Part shown: piece by piece, positions 51,174-61,561 of the stretch
Layout of the letters: each line of letters opens with the position of its first letter
Position numbering within the stretch: the first letter of the stretch is position 1
From: Lepidodermella squamata
Lineage: Eukaryota; Animalia; Gastrotricha
Assembly (NCBI GenBank): GCA_047495785.1
Contig: JBLDXI010000031.1
Span: 682,001 to 746,000 of the forward strand
Direction: 5' to 3'
Length of the DNA stretch: 64,000 bases
Position numbers and translations under genes: made by a program
Notes under the pieces: model-generated
What the model was told of the DNA's origin: nothing
What the model saw: the letters and a program-made list of their open reading frames with translations, nothing else
Databases searched by the model: none

Positions 51174-52633
51174 ATGGAAACTGGAACGATTGCAGATGGC
51201 GCGACAATCGCTAATCTTACTTCGATTAAAGGTATGTGACAGTTATTTTTATAATAAATGTAGGGGCGTTTTCTATATCAAATTTGAAAAGAGGTCCTCG
51301 AGCTGCTATCAGGAACAAAATGTAGAAAAAATCGATAATAGCTTCAAAATAAATTAATTTTTGCTTTCTAGCTCTGGATCAAAAGCAGCTGAAACCTTCC
51401 CTGCAAAGAATCGACAGCTTAGGCAAAAATGGCCTACCCGGAAAGGTGATGGATCATTTCCAAAAACAGTACCTTAGCTTAACCCTGATGAATGACCAGA
51501 TCGCAGCAGCTGCACCGCGAATGCACGACGCAGCTATCAACGGTGATCTCCTCGAAATGAAAGCTCTTATCGCCGAGGTCATCGAAGAACTTCCAGATTC
51601 TGTCAAAGAAGATCGGCCAGCTCTTTTGGAATGTTTGAAACCTCTTATTGATCATAGAAACAATGGCGAAAAGCTCGGACCAACTCCGCTGATGGAAGCA
51701 TCAAGATTCGGCCATTTCAATGTCGTTAGATACCTCGTTAAGCAATTGGAAGCTGATGTGTTCTTAAAGGGGGCTCTCCAGCGGTACGAAGTCGAACGCA
51801 CTGCTGTTCACTTCGCAGCAGAATGTGGCCATTTAGACATAGTTATGTTCCTGATCGAAAACAAGCCCGATCTGTTGGAAGCTACGGATAAAATGAACGA
51901 TACACCTCTATGCCGAGCAGCTTGCGCCGGGAAAATGCCCGTTGTTGAGTACCTCGTGATTATGCAAGCTAATCTTAATGGCTTTGAAGGCCGATCTCCT
52001 CTAATTATGGCCGCAGCTCATAGCCATAACTCGCTTGGGGTTATCAAATGCTTAGTTGAAGCTGGGGCTGATCTAAGACCTAGAGGTGAGAATTCATCTT
52101 CGGTTATGCATGTAATCGCTGGTTCAACCGGGGATCGCCAGGTTCCTATCTTAGAGTACCTATTGAATGTAGCTCCTGTTCTTTTAGAAGCTAGGGATGA
52201 GTCAAATAACACCCCTTTGTTCTGTGCTGCCTCGAATGGGAACTTGCTAGCTGTTCAATTTTTAGTCGAAAAAGGAGCTAATCTTGAGGCTAGAGGTTAC
52301 CTTGGCCGAACTCCGCTACTCGAGGCTGTGAATAACGGCCATGAAGATGTCGTAGCATTTCTCATTGAAAAAGCTGGTGCAGATATGTATGCGACTGATA
52401 CGACTGAGGATGAGAATTTCGCAATTCATCTTGCTGCCCGGCGATTCGGCGGTCTTTACAGCCATGTTGTGCGGTATCTGATCGATCGCGATCCTAATAT
52501 GGTGAGGATGAAGAACAAGGCTGGCGAGACGCCGCTGTCGCTGGCAAAATCGCGGAACAACGCTGCTATGGTCAAGTTGTTGCTACCTTTTTTCAGGAAA
52601 GATACTCATGTTGCAAATAATGATGGCAAATAA
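51174..52633 (+). CDS. Ankyrin-repeat protein; probable exons 51174..51231, 51372..51445, 51500..52633
   Basis: Ankyrin repeats of the same subtype as the 32784/47401 exons; 5' end less certain. Confidence 0.78.
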
Positions 52634-52801
52634 AAACGAATTTACGTTATTAGGTATTGAACACCCTATGATAAAGAAACTGCAGGTTGGCGATTCCCTC
52701 AATCTCAATATTGGATAATTGAATTTCAGGGCTATTCACATGAACATTCTTTTCAGACGCAACACAGTTTATTCCACCCGCAAAATTTCAAATGACTGAC
52801 T

Positions 52802-54022
52802 CTAAAATTCCTGAGGTTCGTGACATTGACCAAACTCGCTTTTCAAGTCACGAATTGTTTTCGGCTCATAGTTACCAGCCCACAGCCGATCGCAAAGTGT
52901 TGACCAGCCGAAATTGAGCGGATAGCAGTATTGATAGAACCCATCCACCTCCCGGAATATCAACTCATAGTCGTATTGCCAGGCGTAGAACTGCGCCAGT
53001 TTCTCCGCAGGGTACCTTGAAACCTCTATCAAGTGATTTGCTAAAGCTTCCGCACTTTCGAACTGCCTCACGTCGATATAAGAACCAGGTGGCAGGATCG
53101 TATCTATCTTCCCCCAGGTGTAAACAACCGGAATCAAACCAAACTTCAAACTAGTGTATAATCCGACAAAAGACTTTTCAGTGATATAGTCGTCACATAG
53201 GGAATTTTCAATGCTAAGGTAAAATCTGTACTGCGAGAAGAAATTGGCAATGCCAAGTTTTTTCCACGCTTCGTCAGGTGATATGAAGGCTTTGTCATCG
53301 GCACAGAGTCCCCATTTGTCAAGACTGATCGATTGCTCGAGCTTATAAACCAAATCCTCGCGATTGCTTTGAGACTCGCAGTCCGAAACAGCCCAAAAAG
53401 CATCTCGTGATCGATTTGTATAGCCCTGTATGAATCGTTGAATCTTCGCGTCCATTTCTAACTTTTCAGCATGTGATAAAAGTGATGTTCGTTTGACAAC
53501 CCTTCCGTAGGGTATATAAATATCAGCACTTGGCCTGTAGTCCATCGTCCAGTTGAAGCCTATTTCGTTAGCCGCTTCATATTTCTCCTGGCTCATCCCA
53601 CTTTTATGGTGCGGTTCTAGCATGAAGAATACCCAGGGCTGATCGAACGGGCGTTGCGGCGGTAATTTCATTTTCAAATCGAAATCAACGCCATGGAATA
53701 CGACGGCTGAAGCTACTGGTGAGAATCCCTTATTGGTTGTTAGCAAGCAGGTTTTCTCAGGGTCACTGTTGCTTTGCCAGATTATGCTGTAGTTGTTGTA
53801 CCTTACGAAAAATTCTTGCCAATCGTTGTCGTTCCACCAGGGCGTCCATAGCACAATAATCTTAGGCGGATGTTGAGTGGGATTATGGCTGTAACTATTA
53901 ACCGGAATCAAAGACCCATACACGTATCGCGTTGCGGAATTTTGATTTTGGTTTAATAGCATTAAGATCGATGAAGTGGAAGCTAGGGCCATAACGGCTA
54001 TGAAAAACGTAAATTGCTGCAT
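52802..54022 (-). CDS. Alpha-1,3-fucosyltransferase (glycosyltransferase family 10), single exon
   Basis: N-terminal signal-anchor, AVVFH, QPWVFFMLEP, FNWTMDYRPSADI..PYG, YRFYLSIENSLCDDYITEK. Confidence 0.93.
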   Translation of the reverse strand: MQQFTFFIAVMALASTSSILMLLNQNQNSATRYVYGSLIPVNSYSHNPTQHPPKIIVLWTPWWNDNDWQEFFVRYNNYSIIWQSNSDPEKTCLLTTNKGFSPVASAVVFHGVDFDLKMKLPPQRPFDQPWVFFMLEPHHKSGMSQEKYEAANEIGFNWTMDYRPSADIYIPYGRVVKRTSLLSHAEKLEMDAKIQRFIQGYTNRSRDAFWAVSDCESQSNREDLVYKLEQSISLDKWGLCADDKAFISPDEAWKKLGIANFFSQYRFYLSIENSLCDDYITEKSFVGLYTSLKFGLIPVVYTWGKIDTILPPGSYIDVRQFESAEALANHLIEVSRYPAEKLAQFYAWQYDYELIFREVDGFYQYCYPLNFGWSTLCDRLWAGNYEPKTIRDLKSEFGQCHEPQEF

Positions 54023-55095
54023 TTTTCTAATGCGCTCATCAATTTACGCAGATAATTTCTGTTGATTAGTGGGAAATAGGGTTATGGAGACCGCACTCAC
54101 TTGCTCATCCTCAAGAGCTTTAATAACCAGGTTACGGTGACAAAAAAAAACGAAACGCAAACACCGAGAAATCGTTGAGGATTAAAGCAAATAATAGGAA
54201 ACATGTTTGCTCACAAAAATTAGAGGAACATTCAGCCGCCCAAAATTATGAGCGATGGAGCAAGCGTTTACACGTACCATTTACCAGTATGTTGATCTGG
54301 TTCATGTAAAAAAATATGCGCAATAAGCTCAGCTATATGATGAAAGTTCCCTAATCTTAAACAAATGTTGTGTATCATAGCGGCCGGGCGGCGTACTGAC
54401 AGGTGGTTGAAAAATTCTGGTTCAAAAAATTTTTTTTTGAGTAAACATTTTCTGATCTTTTTGCCTTAATGACGGTCTGCTTTCATTAACATTCTAGGTC
54501 AAAATCTTTTCATCGCAGCTGCCACCGTGGTAAAACTCGCAATTGTTGCAGGCTGAAATGACGCAACGAAAATCGAACGACGATATTAGAGCCAGGCTTA
54601 ACACGACGTTCATTAGCAGTCACAAATATATTCTTCAATAAAACCGCTTAAAAGTCGTGGCAGGTTTGGCTTACACTTGTATGTCAGCTTCGGCCATTCA
54701 GCATCACCGGGACTTTAACTCGCCGTTACTGGTTTTGATAATTTCTAACCTCCCATAGCCACATTATTCCTTCTATTTGTGTTCAAGTTTGCTACTTCAT
54801 GCATTTTTCGAATCAGCCTGGAATGAAATGAAATACCCTTCAACATGTACTTCTAATTTCGGCTGAAGCATGCTCTCATTTTTTGGCATTTCAGAGTAGG
54901 TGAATCCTTATTATTCATTATATCTAACCCTTATTATTTAATTTTTATATGTTTAAACAAACAGGACAGTTATCCACACTGAGCAGCATCATAGACTGTT
55001 ATGAACAAAGGCCTGTATGATTCATGGTTATTTATTGTCGAATAATATTCTGATTTGAAGAGCAATGGCCAGATGAATTCACACTCAGATTTTTC

Positions 55096-56651
55096 TCAAA
55101 AAGAACGCCGCACATGACAGCCTAAAATTGCCATTGCTATGGTGGCGAAAATATTGGAGGCTGCTACTCGTTCAGTTCCTGCTCTGTTATTCGTTTCAGG
55201 CGTCGTATAAGAAGAACTTGTTGAAGAACGCGATATCGAGATTGTGTCTGCTTCTGTAATTCATATGGGCTAAAAATTTCGAAAATTAATTGAACTAATG
55301 AGATGTTACCAAACGAAGTGACGGGCGTTGGCCATGTATACTCAGCCGTAGTGCTCTGCCGCAAGGCATAAGTAAACATTCTTGTTTTGCAGAGTACGAA
55401 AATCATATTTCCCTTTGCAGCCCACGACGTCACGGCAGGTTCGAAAACTGACGAAGCTGCCACTAAAACTCCTTTCATTTTGTCAAAAGCCAGGATTTGC
55501 CTTTTTGGCTCGCGCTCAGCCTCAACGTGGGCGAAAACGTGTGAGCGTGAAATGATTGGCTGGCCGCAGAATTTATATGTTGAGCCATAGGATAAGTATA
55601 TCTCCTTCTTGATGGTATTCCATGCGACCAGGCGATGACCATTGCCGCAAATAAAGTAATCCAACTGGCCGTCACTTGCGATTTCTTGGTTCTGCGACTC
55701 CTCGTCTTCACATGGAAATTCCCAGGTTTTAGTCAGGGTTCTGGTGAAGTCGTAGCCCCGAACGGTGTAGCCAGAACTCGCTACAACTATCTCCCCACGA
55801 CTTGAAATCGCTTGAATAGCCCCGAAAGTCTCGTTGTGACCCAAATTCACGGTCTTTGAGATTTCGACACCGGTTGTAGCATTCAGCTCGTACAAAACAC
55901 CATTTCGAAGCCATAAGAACAACCGATCAGCCGAGCCATGAGTTGCTATCAAATCGGGAGGTCCAGCTGCTGTTTGGTTGAAGCAATTCAAGTTCTCCCG
56001 CTTAGCATTTTCCAGCCGGGAGTAGTCAAGCGATTGGATGCAAACTACTCCTCCGCGGCTAGCTAGCGCGAGGTAGAAACGTTGCAACCTTTCAATCAGA
56101 ACGCCCCCCGTTGGCGCGTGGATTCCTTCGAAAGATGGTGCCGAAAATCGTTCCTTTCCGGCAGTTATTGTATAACTATACGCCCACGAAGTAACATTGA
56201 AAATCAAAGTTGCTTTGTAAACCGTTTCAATCCTGCCGCTGTACTCGCCGTTAACAAGTAACAAACCACGTTTTGTAATGACAAGCGGTAGAAAATTTCG
56301 AAATTCTCTGGTTGATAAAATGTTCGTGGCATAACCGATCCCTATTCGCTGTGTCACATTTCCGCTGCCCGCGTCAATCTCCACAATTTGAGCGGAGAAA
56401 TTACTGAAATGTAGCAACGTGTAGATCGAATTTTGGTAAGTAACTGGCGGTGATGACCAGGAACAGTATTTATCTTTGTCATCGATTAGCTCAATCTGCC
56501 ATATCATGTCGATTGCGTTGATTTGCGAAATGTTGTTTGTCGGATCGAAGCTTTTTCGCGTAAAATCACCGCCAATTGTCTGCCATTCAAACGCAGGCAT
56601 AAGTTCGGCGTTTACGCTCAGACATAATGTCAGAAGGAAGTAGACTCGCAT
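55096..56651 (-). CDS. Secreted PQQ/BamB-like beta-propeller protein with S/T linker and GPI-type tail; exons 56651..55310, 55253..55096
   Basis: Signal peptide, WQTIGGDFTR, SSPPV, EIDAGSG, ELNATTG, AFDKMKG blade motifs; last exon ends NIFATIAMAILGCHVRRSF*. Confidence 0.7.
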
Positions 56652-57539
56652 ATTATGGTGATAAATGATTGCGACGCGATGGTGAGGGAATGAAAAATGA
56701 TTGAACCAATATATTAGGTTTTAGCGTCAACATATGTCGAATTCATATCGAATACCGAGAACATGTGTTATTCTTTTGCAAGTGGGCGTTTCGTGTATGA
56801 CGTTCCGTAACTTGCTCATGTTTCTGTTTCCGCCAATAGATTTCCATTAATTTCATGCGCAAAATCGAGCAGCACTTGGCCATTATTCCGTGAAAATCGA
56901 GCAGCAGTCGGCTCCAATGTCGATAAAATCCAAAACTCCACCGGGACAATCGCAAAATCCGAGCGGCAGTCGTCATTAATGTTGGGAAATCGCGCAGCAT
57001 TCCTCCTGAAAATGACTACAATGGCGCCGTATTCGTCTTGGATTCCGTGCCATTCCATCGGCCTTCGTTCCTGGCTCCAACTGGTTCAACGAACGGAATC
57101 GATAACTTGATTGTGCTAGTAATTGACCAGACCGGCGAACTAATTGCCATGAGCCGAATGTACTCGCCGAGTAACAAGCTTGATTTGAAGAGCCGATATA
57201 GTTCAAATTGCATGAGCAATTGTGTGATTCTTCAACGTAGCAGCGTGCCAGATTGACGCAAACATCAGGCGGCAAAAAAGCGAATGAAAATCAAAACGAA
57301 AATCGACCGAATGAGTGTTTGATTTAAAAATGGCAAAAGGCTCAGTTTTTGATGAACAATTAAGTTGGATGTTTTATTTTCCCAAATATAACCTTTGCAC
57401 CATGGGGGGTATGTATTTCAATGGAGCCCTTGGCAATAGGCAGATACTAATATGCCTCGGGGTATATGCAAATATTGGACTGAGAGTCGTAAATATGTTG
57501 AAAAAATCGGAGTCCTTTTCCTCGAGAAGGCTCATTGAA

Positions 57540-59160
57540 TTAGATTTTCCTCAACGTTGTAGTAATGAAAACAAAAACAACCGACGTCCAAGAGTTGACT
57601 GGTTTAGACACTGAAAACAAACAACTTGTAGTTACATTGCCAATCTATGAAAAAGCTCTTACCGGAATTGGTTGTACTGATATGGCTTTGCTGCTTTTCG
57701 AGCGTTGTTGCTGAGGTCGTTGATTCATAGGGTTCGCCAGAGCGTTCGTCCGAATCTATTGAATCCTTATTGAAAAAACCTCCGATGGGTGATTAAAATC
57801 CTATCTAACCTTCTGAAAATGAAGTTGCAGGGGTTGGCCAGACGTATCGCGTTGTAGCAGTTCGCATCATTTCAAACGCTATCATATATTCGTCACAGAT
57901 TGTAAAAATTACATTACCCTTAGCTGCCCACGAGAGAATGGGAGGTTCAATTGGCCGAGAAATAGCTACGGCAAAGTTAGTCTTAATGTCAAAAATGAAT
58001 ATCTGACTCTGTTTGCCGTTATCTAAGTCAACATGAGTTATCAAGTATTCGGGCGTAACAATCGGCTGGCCGCGAAAACGAAACAGCGAAACGAACGAAG
58101 TTACAGCCTCCTTTCTAACATGGTTCCATGCAGCGATGCGATTGCCATCTCCGCAAATAAAGAAAACCAACTCGCCATTACTCGCGATTTCTTCCGACAA
58201 TGTAGCATTTCGATTAGAATTGCAGTAAACATCCCAACTCAAGCGAAGATCGTTAGCGAAATTGAAGCCACGAGCTCTGAATCCAGAACTTGCTGTAACA
58301 ATCTCACCCATGCTAGATAAAGCTTGAACTCGGTCGATGGTCATATTTTGAGGCATACTCGAGGTTCCGGCGATGTCGAGACCACTAGCCGTGTTCAATT
58401 CAAACAGAACACCATTTCGAAGCCATAGAAACATTCGATCAGTTATGCCAGATAATATAAGATCTCCTGAACCATTAATCGTTAGATTTGTGATACACCC
58501 TAATGGCTTTAATCTTGCGTCCTTCAAAACTGTGTAATTCATAGTGTGGAGACACACTGAGCTGCGGTTCACCAGAGCGAGGTAGAACAGGTTTTGTTTC
58601 TCAATTAAAACGCCCCCAGATGGTAGATGGTCGGCGTTAGTTGAAAACTGCGTATGCTTTCTCGTTATTGATGTTGCCCAGGTCCATGTGTTAACGTCGC
58701 ACAGCAAGTTCGCTATTACTAGGTTCACCACATTTCCTAGTAAGTCACGTGACTCGTATTCGGCTGTCACAATCAACAATCCGTTCCTAGTAATGACAAT
58801 CGGCAGAATCGACACGAAGTCTCGTCCCAACAAAATAGTATTTGGGCCGCCAAAGCTTAGCTCTTTTGTGATATTCCCAGTTCTGTAGTCTAATTCAAAA
58901 ATTTTAGCCGTGCCGTCTTTGCCAAAGTGTAAAACTGTATAGATTGAGTTCTTATAGGTTACTGGGGGCGAGGTCCATCTAACGTAGATGTCTGGGTCTT
59001 GATTGAGCCTCGTTCGCCAAATTTCAGTAACTCGCTCAATTTTAGAACCATCGTCATCTGATAGAAATCCCTTACGGGTGAAATCCCCACCAACTGACTG
59101 CCATTCGTTCCCAAATGCATTGTGAGCTAAAAGTAAGACAAACAAGACTGAAATTTCCAT
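57540..59160 (-). CDS. Paralogous PQQ/BamB-like beta-propeller protein with GPI-type tail; exons 59160..57810, 57755..57663, 57610..57540
   Basis: WQSVGGDFTRKGF, TSPPV, ELDYRTG, ELNTASG; collinear with the 56651 paralog; ends WTSVVFVFITTTLRKI*. Confidence 0.7.
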
Positions 59161-59484
59161 TAAGAAGCGCTGATCTCTTAAAAATTTCCTGATGAAAAAC
59201 TTGGAGCATGCGGGCAGCCCACGCTCTCTTTTGCAATTAAAAACTCGACATATGCTCGATAAGTTGTTGGCTAATTACAGTCTGGAAATTTCCTATCAAT
59301 TCCAACTCTACCGGTTTTATCGGGAAATGTTCCGCAAATTTGTTAGAAAAAATAATACTTAATAAATGGCTTATAGTTCTTTTTTTCTATTTCATATTAC
59401 AACATCGATACAATAAGCTCTTTGAAAATGAAGTACAAATTGAAAATGGGTTCTAGGTTAGTTAATCGCTCCAGATTCTCAGCC

Positions 59485-59584
59485 GCTCCAGTTGCATAGT
59501 TGGTTAGTGCGTCGTACTTATAAGCAGTACTTGATTGTACGCTGAGTTATGCGAAGGTCGCGAGTTCGAGCCTCGCCTGGAGCA
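59485..59584 (+). tRNA. tRNA-Ile-TAT: tRNA-Ile(TAT) with 26-nt intron (59523..59548)
   Basis: GCTCCAG/CTGGAGC-A acceptor stem, anticodon loop CT-TAT-A, canonical intron position, GTTCGAG T-loop, downstream T-run. Confidence 0.95.
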
Positions 59585-59617
59585 ATGTTTTTGAATTTCA
59601 CTCGCTTGATCTTGATC

Positions 59618-60830
59618 TTAGTATTTACGATTCATCATTTTGCTAAAATAGTAAAAGTTTACAATAATAAGAATAAGTGAAGTTCCAGCCGCAACACAGC
59701 AATCAAGAAATCGTATTGGACTGAGAGAAAAGTAACGATTTTTCTCATTCCAAGCACTCACTGCGATAACATTAGCGATCGATGAATATATTGTCAACAC
59801 CACACAAAGCACAATCTGTATCTCTACAAGGACGGCTAGGTAGACAGTATCAGACGTCTTAGGGATGGTTGCAAAAATCATGGCTAAAATAACGGTAAAA
59901 GACAGAACAACAGTCACGCCGTAGGTAGCTCGATCTGGGGAAGCTGGTTCCATGACCAGCGAGCTCAACTGCAGGACCATCAACAAAATTACAGGCATAC
60001 AAATCGCGTTAAGGTAATACGCAGATTTCCTCTCAAACAACATTTCGAATGACACAATTTCGTTACCTTCAACAACAGACATGTTGTATGAAAAACCTTG
60101 CGGCAAAGTAGACCAAACATCAGATGGACCTAGCAGAGTCTCAAAGTCCGGATAGTACTGGATCTCAACGAAATGCATGTAATTTTCACGTTCCCGGGCT
60201 CGCAGTTTGATATTACAGCTCAGGCGATCGAATGGGAAGAAGGTTAACTGGAAACCATCGCAATTAGTTTCCACAATGCGAGTTTCCATAGAGAGGCCGT
60301 AGACTTCATCAGCGGATGCATGGTATTGAATCTCCGTGTTCTCGTACGGGAAAAGGCGCAAAGTTTTTACGGCGTTGATGTGATCTATCTCTGGTCGCCA
60401 TGATTTCTTAGTATCACTGCCAAACCAAATTCCGAAATCCTCTCCATCCTGCCCAACGAGCTCGGTTGCATTCAAAGGCTTACAAATGCTATTCGGAATT
60501 ACCCAGAAGACATAAAATGTCGCGAACACTGACAAACTGAAAAGGGATTTGAAACTTTCAAGAGTAAAACAGTTTGTAGTACCTTTGGTTCAAATCGTCT
60601 ATATCAGCTATCCTTTCCAGGTAACACATGACCTTTATCTTGATAGGCAAGTCATGAGTTACGCGTCTAACAACGATATAGTTCAACAGGTAGCGCCTCA
60701 TCACTGCTGGACAACGCTCATTGATGAATTCGGAGTCGGCATCAATTGTAACTGTGGTATTATCAGAAGTTGCCAATTGCACGCAGATAGTCAGCAGTAG
60801 ACACGGGGATACACAACATACAAGTCTCAT
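59618..60830 (-). CDS. Minimal Cys-loop ligand-gated ion channel subunit (second subfamily); exons 60830..60583, 60536..59618
   Basis: Signal MRLVCCVSPCLLLTICVQLA, SWRPEI, CDGFQLTFFPFDRLSC, ERK pre-M1, PASPDRATYGVTVVL, 4 TM. Confidence 0.85.
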
Positions 60831-61252
60831 CGTCGGGTAGCGAAAATTTGAATAGGAAGTGACTGAATCCTCCACATTACTGATAGGTTTGGAAGATAAC
60901 GATGTGATTCTGAGTAAATAACTTGGAAATAAGCAGCACGCCAATGCAAATTTCGTCAACTCTAAATTAGAAAAAACAAACGGAAAATACTCCAAATTAT
61001 TAATACATACGCAGCAAAAATCCGCACGCCTTCACGTAGAAACGCAATCGTTCAAATTCTATGGCCGAAGGAATAAGCTGGCATGAATAAGATGAATAAT
61101 GTTGTAGGCATAAAAAAGACATTTATCAGAACCAATGGATGTAACTAGACATCTTTTTGCACATTAAGTACCTAGTTGCTCCCAATTGAATCCTAAAATG
61201 AATAGAATACCTGGATGAACAGGAAGGATTATCGGCTCGAAGCTCACCCACT

Positions 61253-61352
61253 GCTCCAGTTGCATAGTTGGTTAGTGCGTCGTACTTATAAGCAGTACTC
61301 GATTGTACGCTGAGTTATGCGAAGGTCGCGAGTTCGAGCCTCGCCTGGAGCA
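61253..61352 (+). tRNA. tRNA-Ile-TAT: tRNA-Ile(TAT), intron-containing
   Basis: Exons identical to the 59485 copy; one intron substitution; T-run terminator. Confidence 0.95.
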
Positions 61353-61561
61353 AATTTTTGTTCAGATCATAGGTTAGCATAAGTACCTTCCAAATGTATA
61401 GTACATTACAGATGGCAGGTATCGAATAATGAAAGATTAATTTTTAATTTCACGGTTCCAACACTCAATTTCCACACTTTGGTTTTTCCTGTTGAACATT
61501 TTCAAAAGGAACGATAGTCAGTTTTATTTGTTACGTTGCGTCACCTATGGTTGGTGATTAA

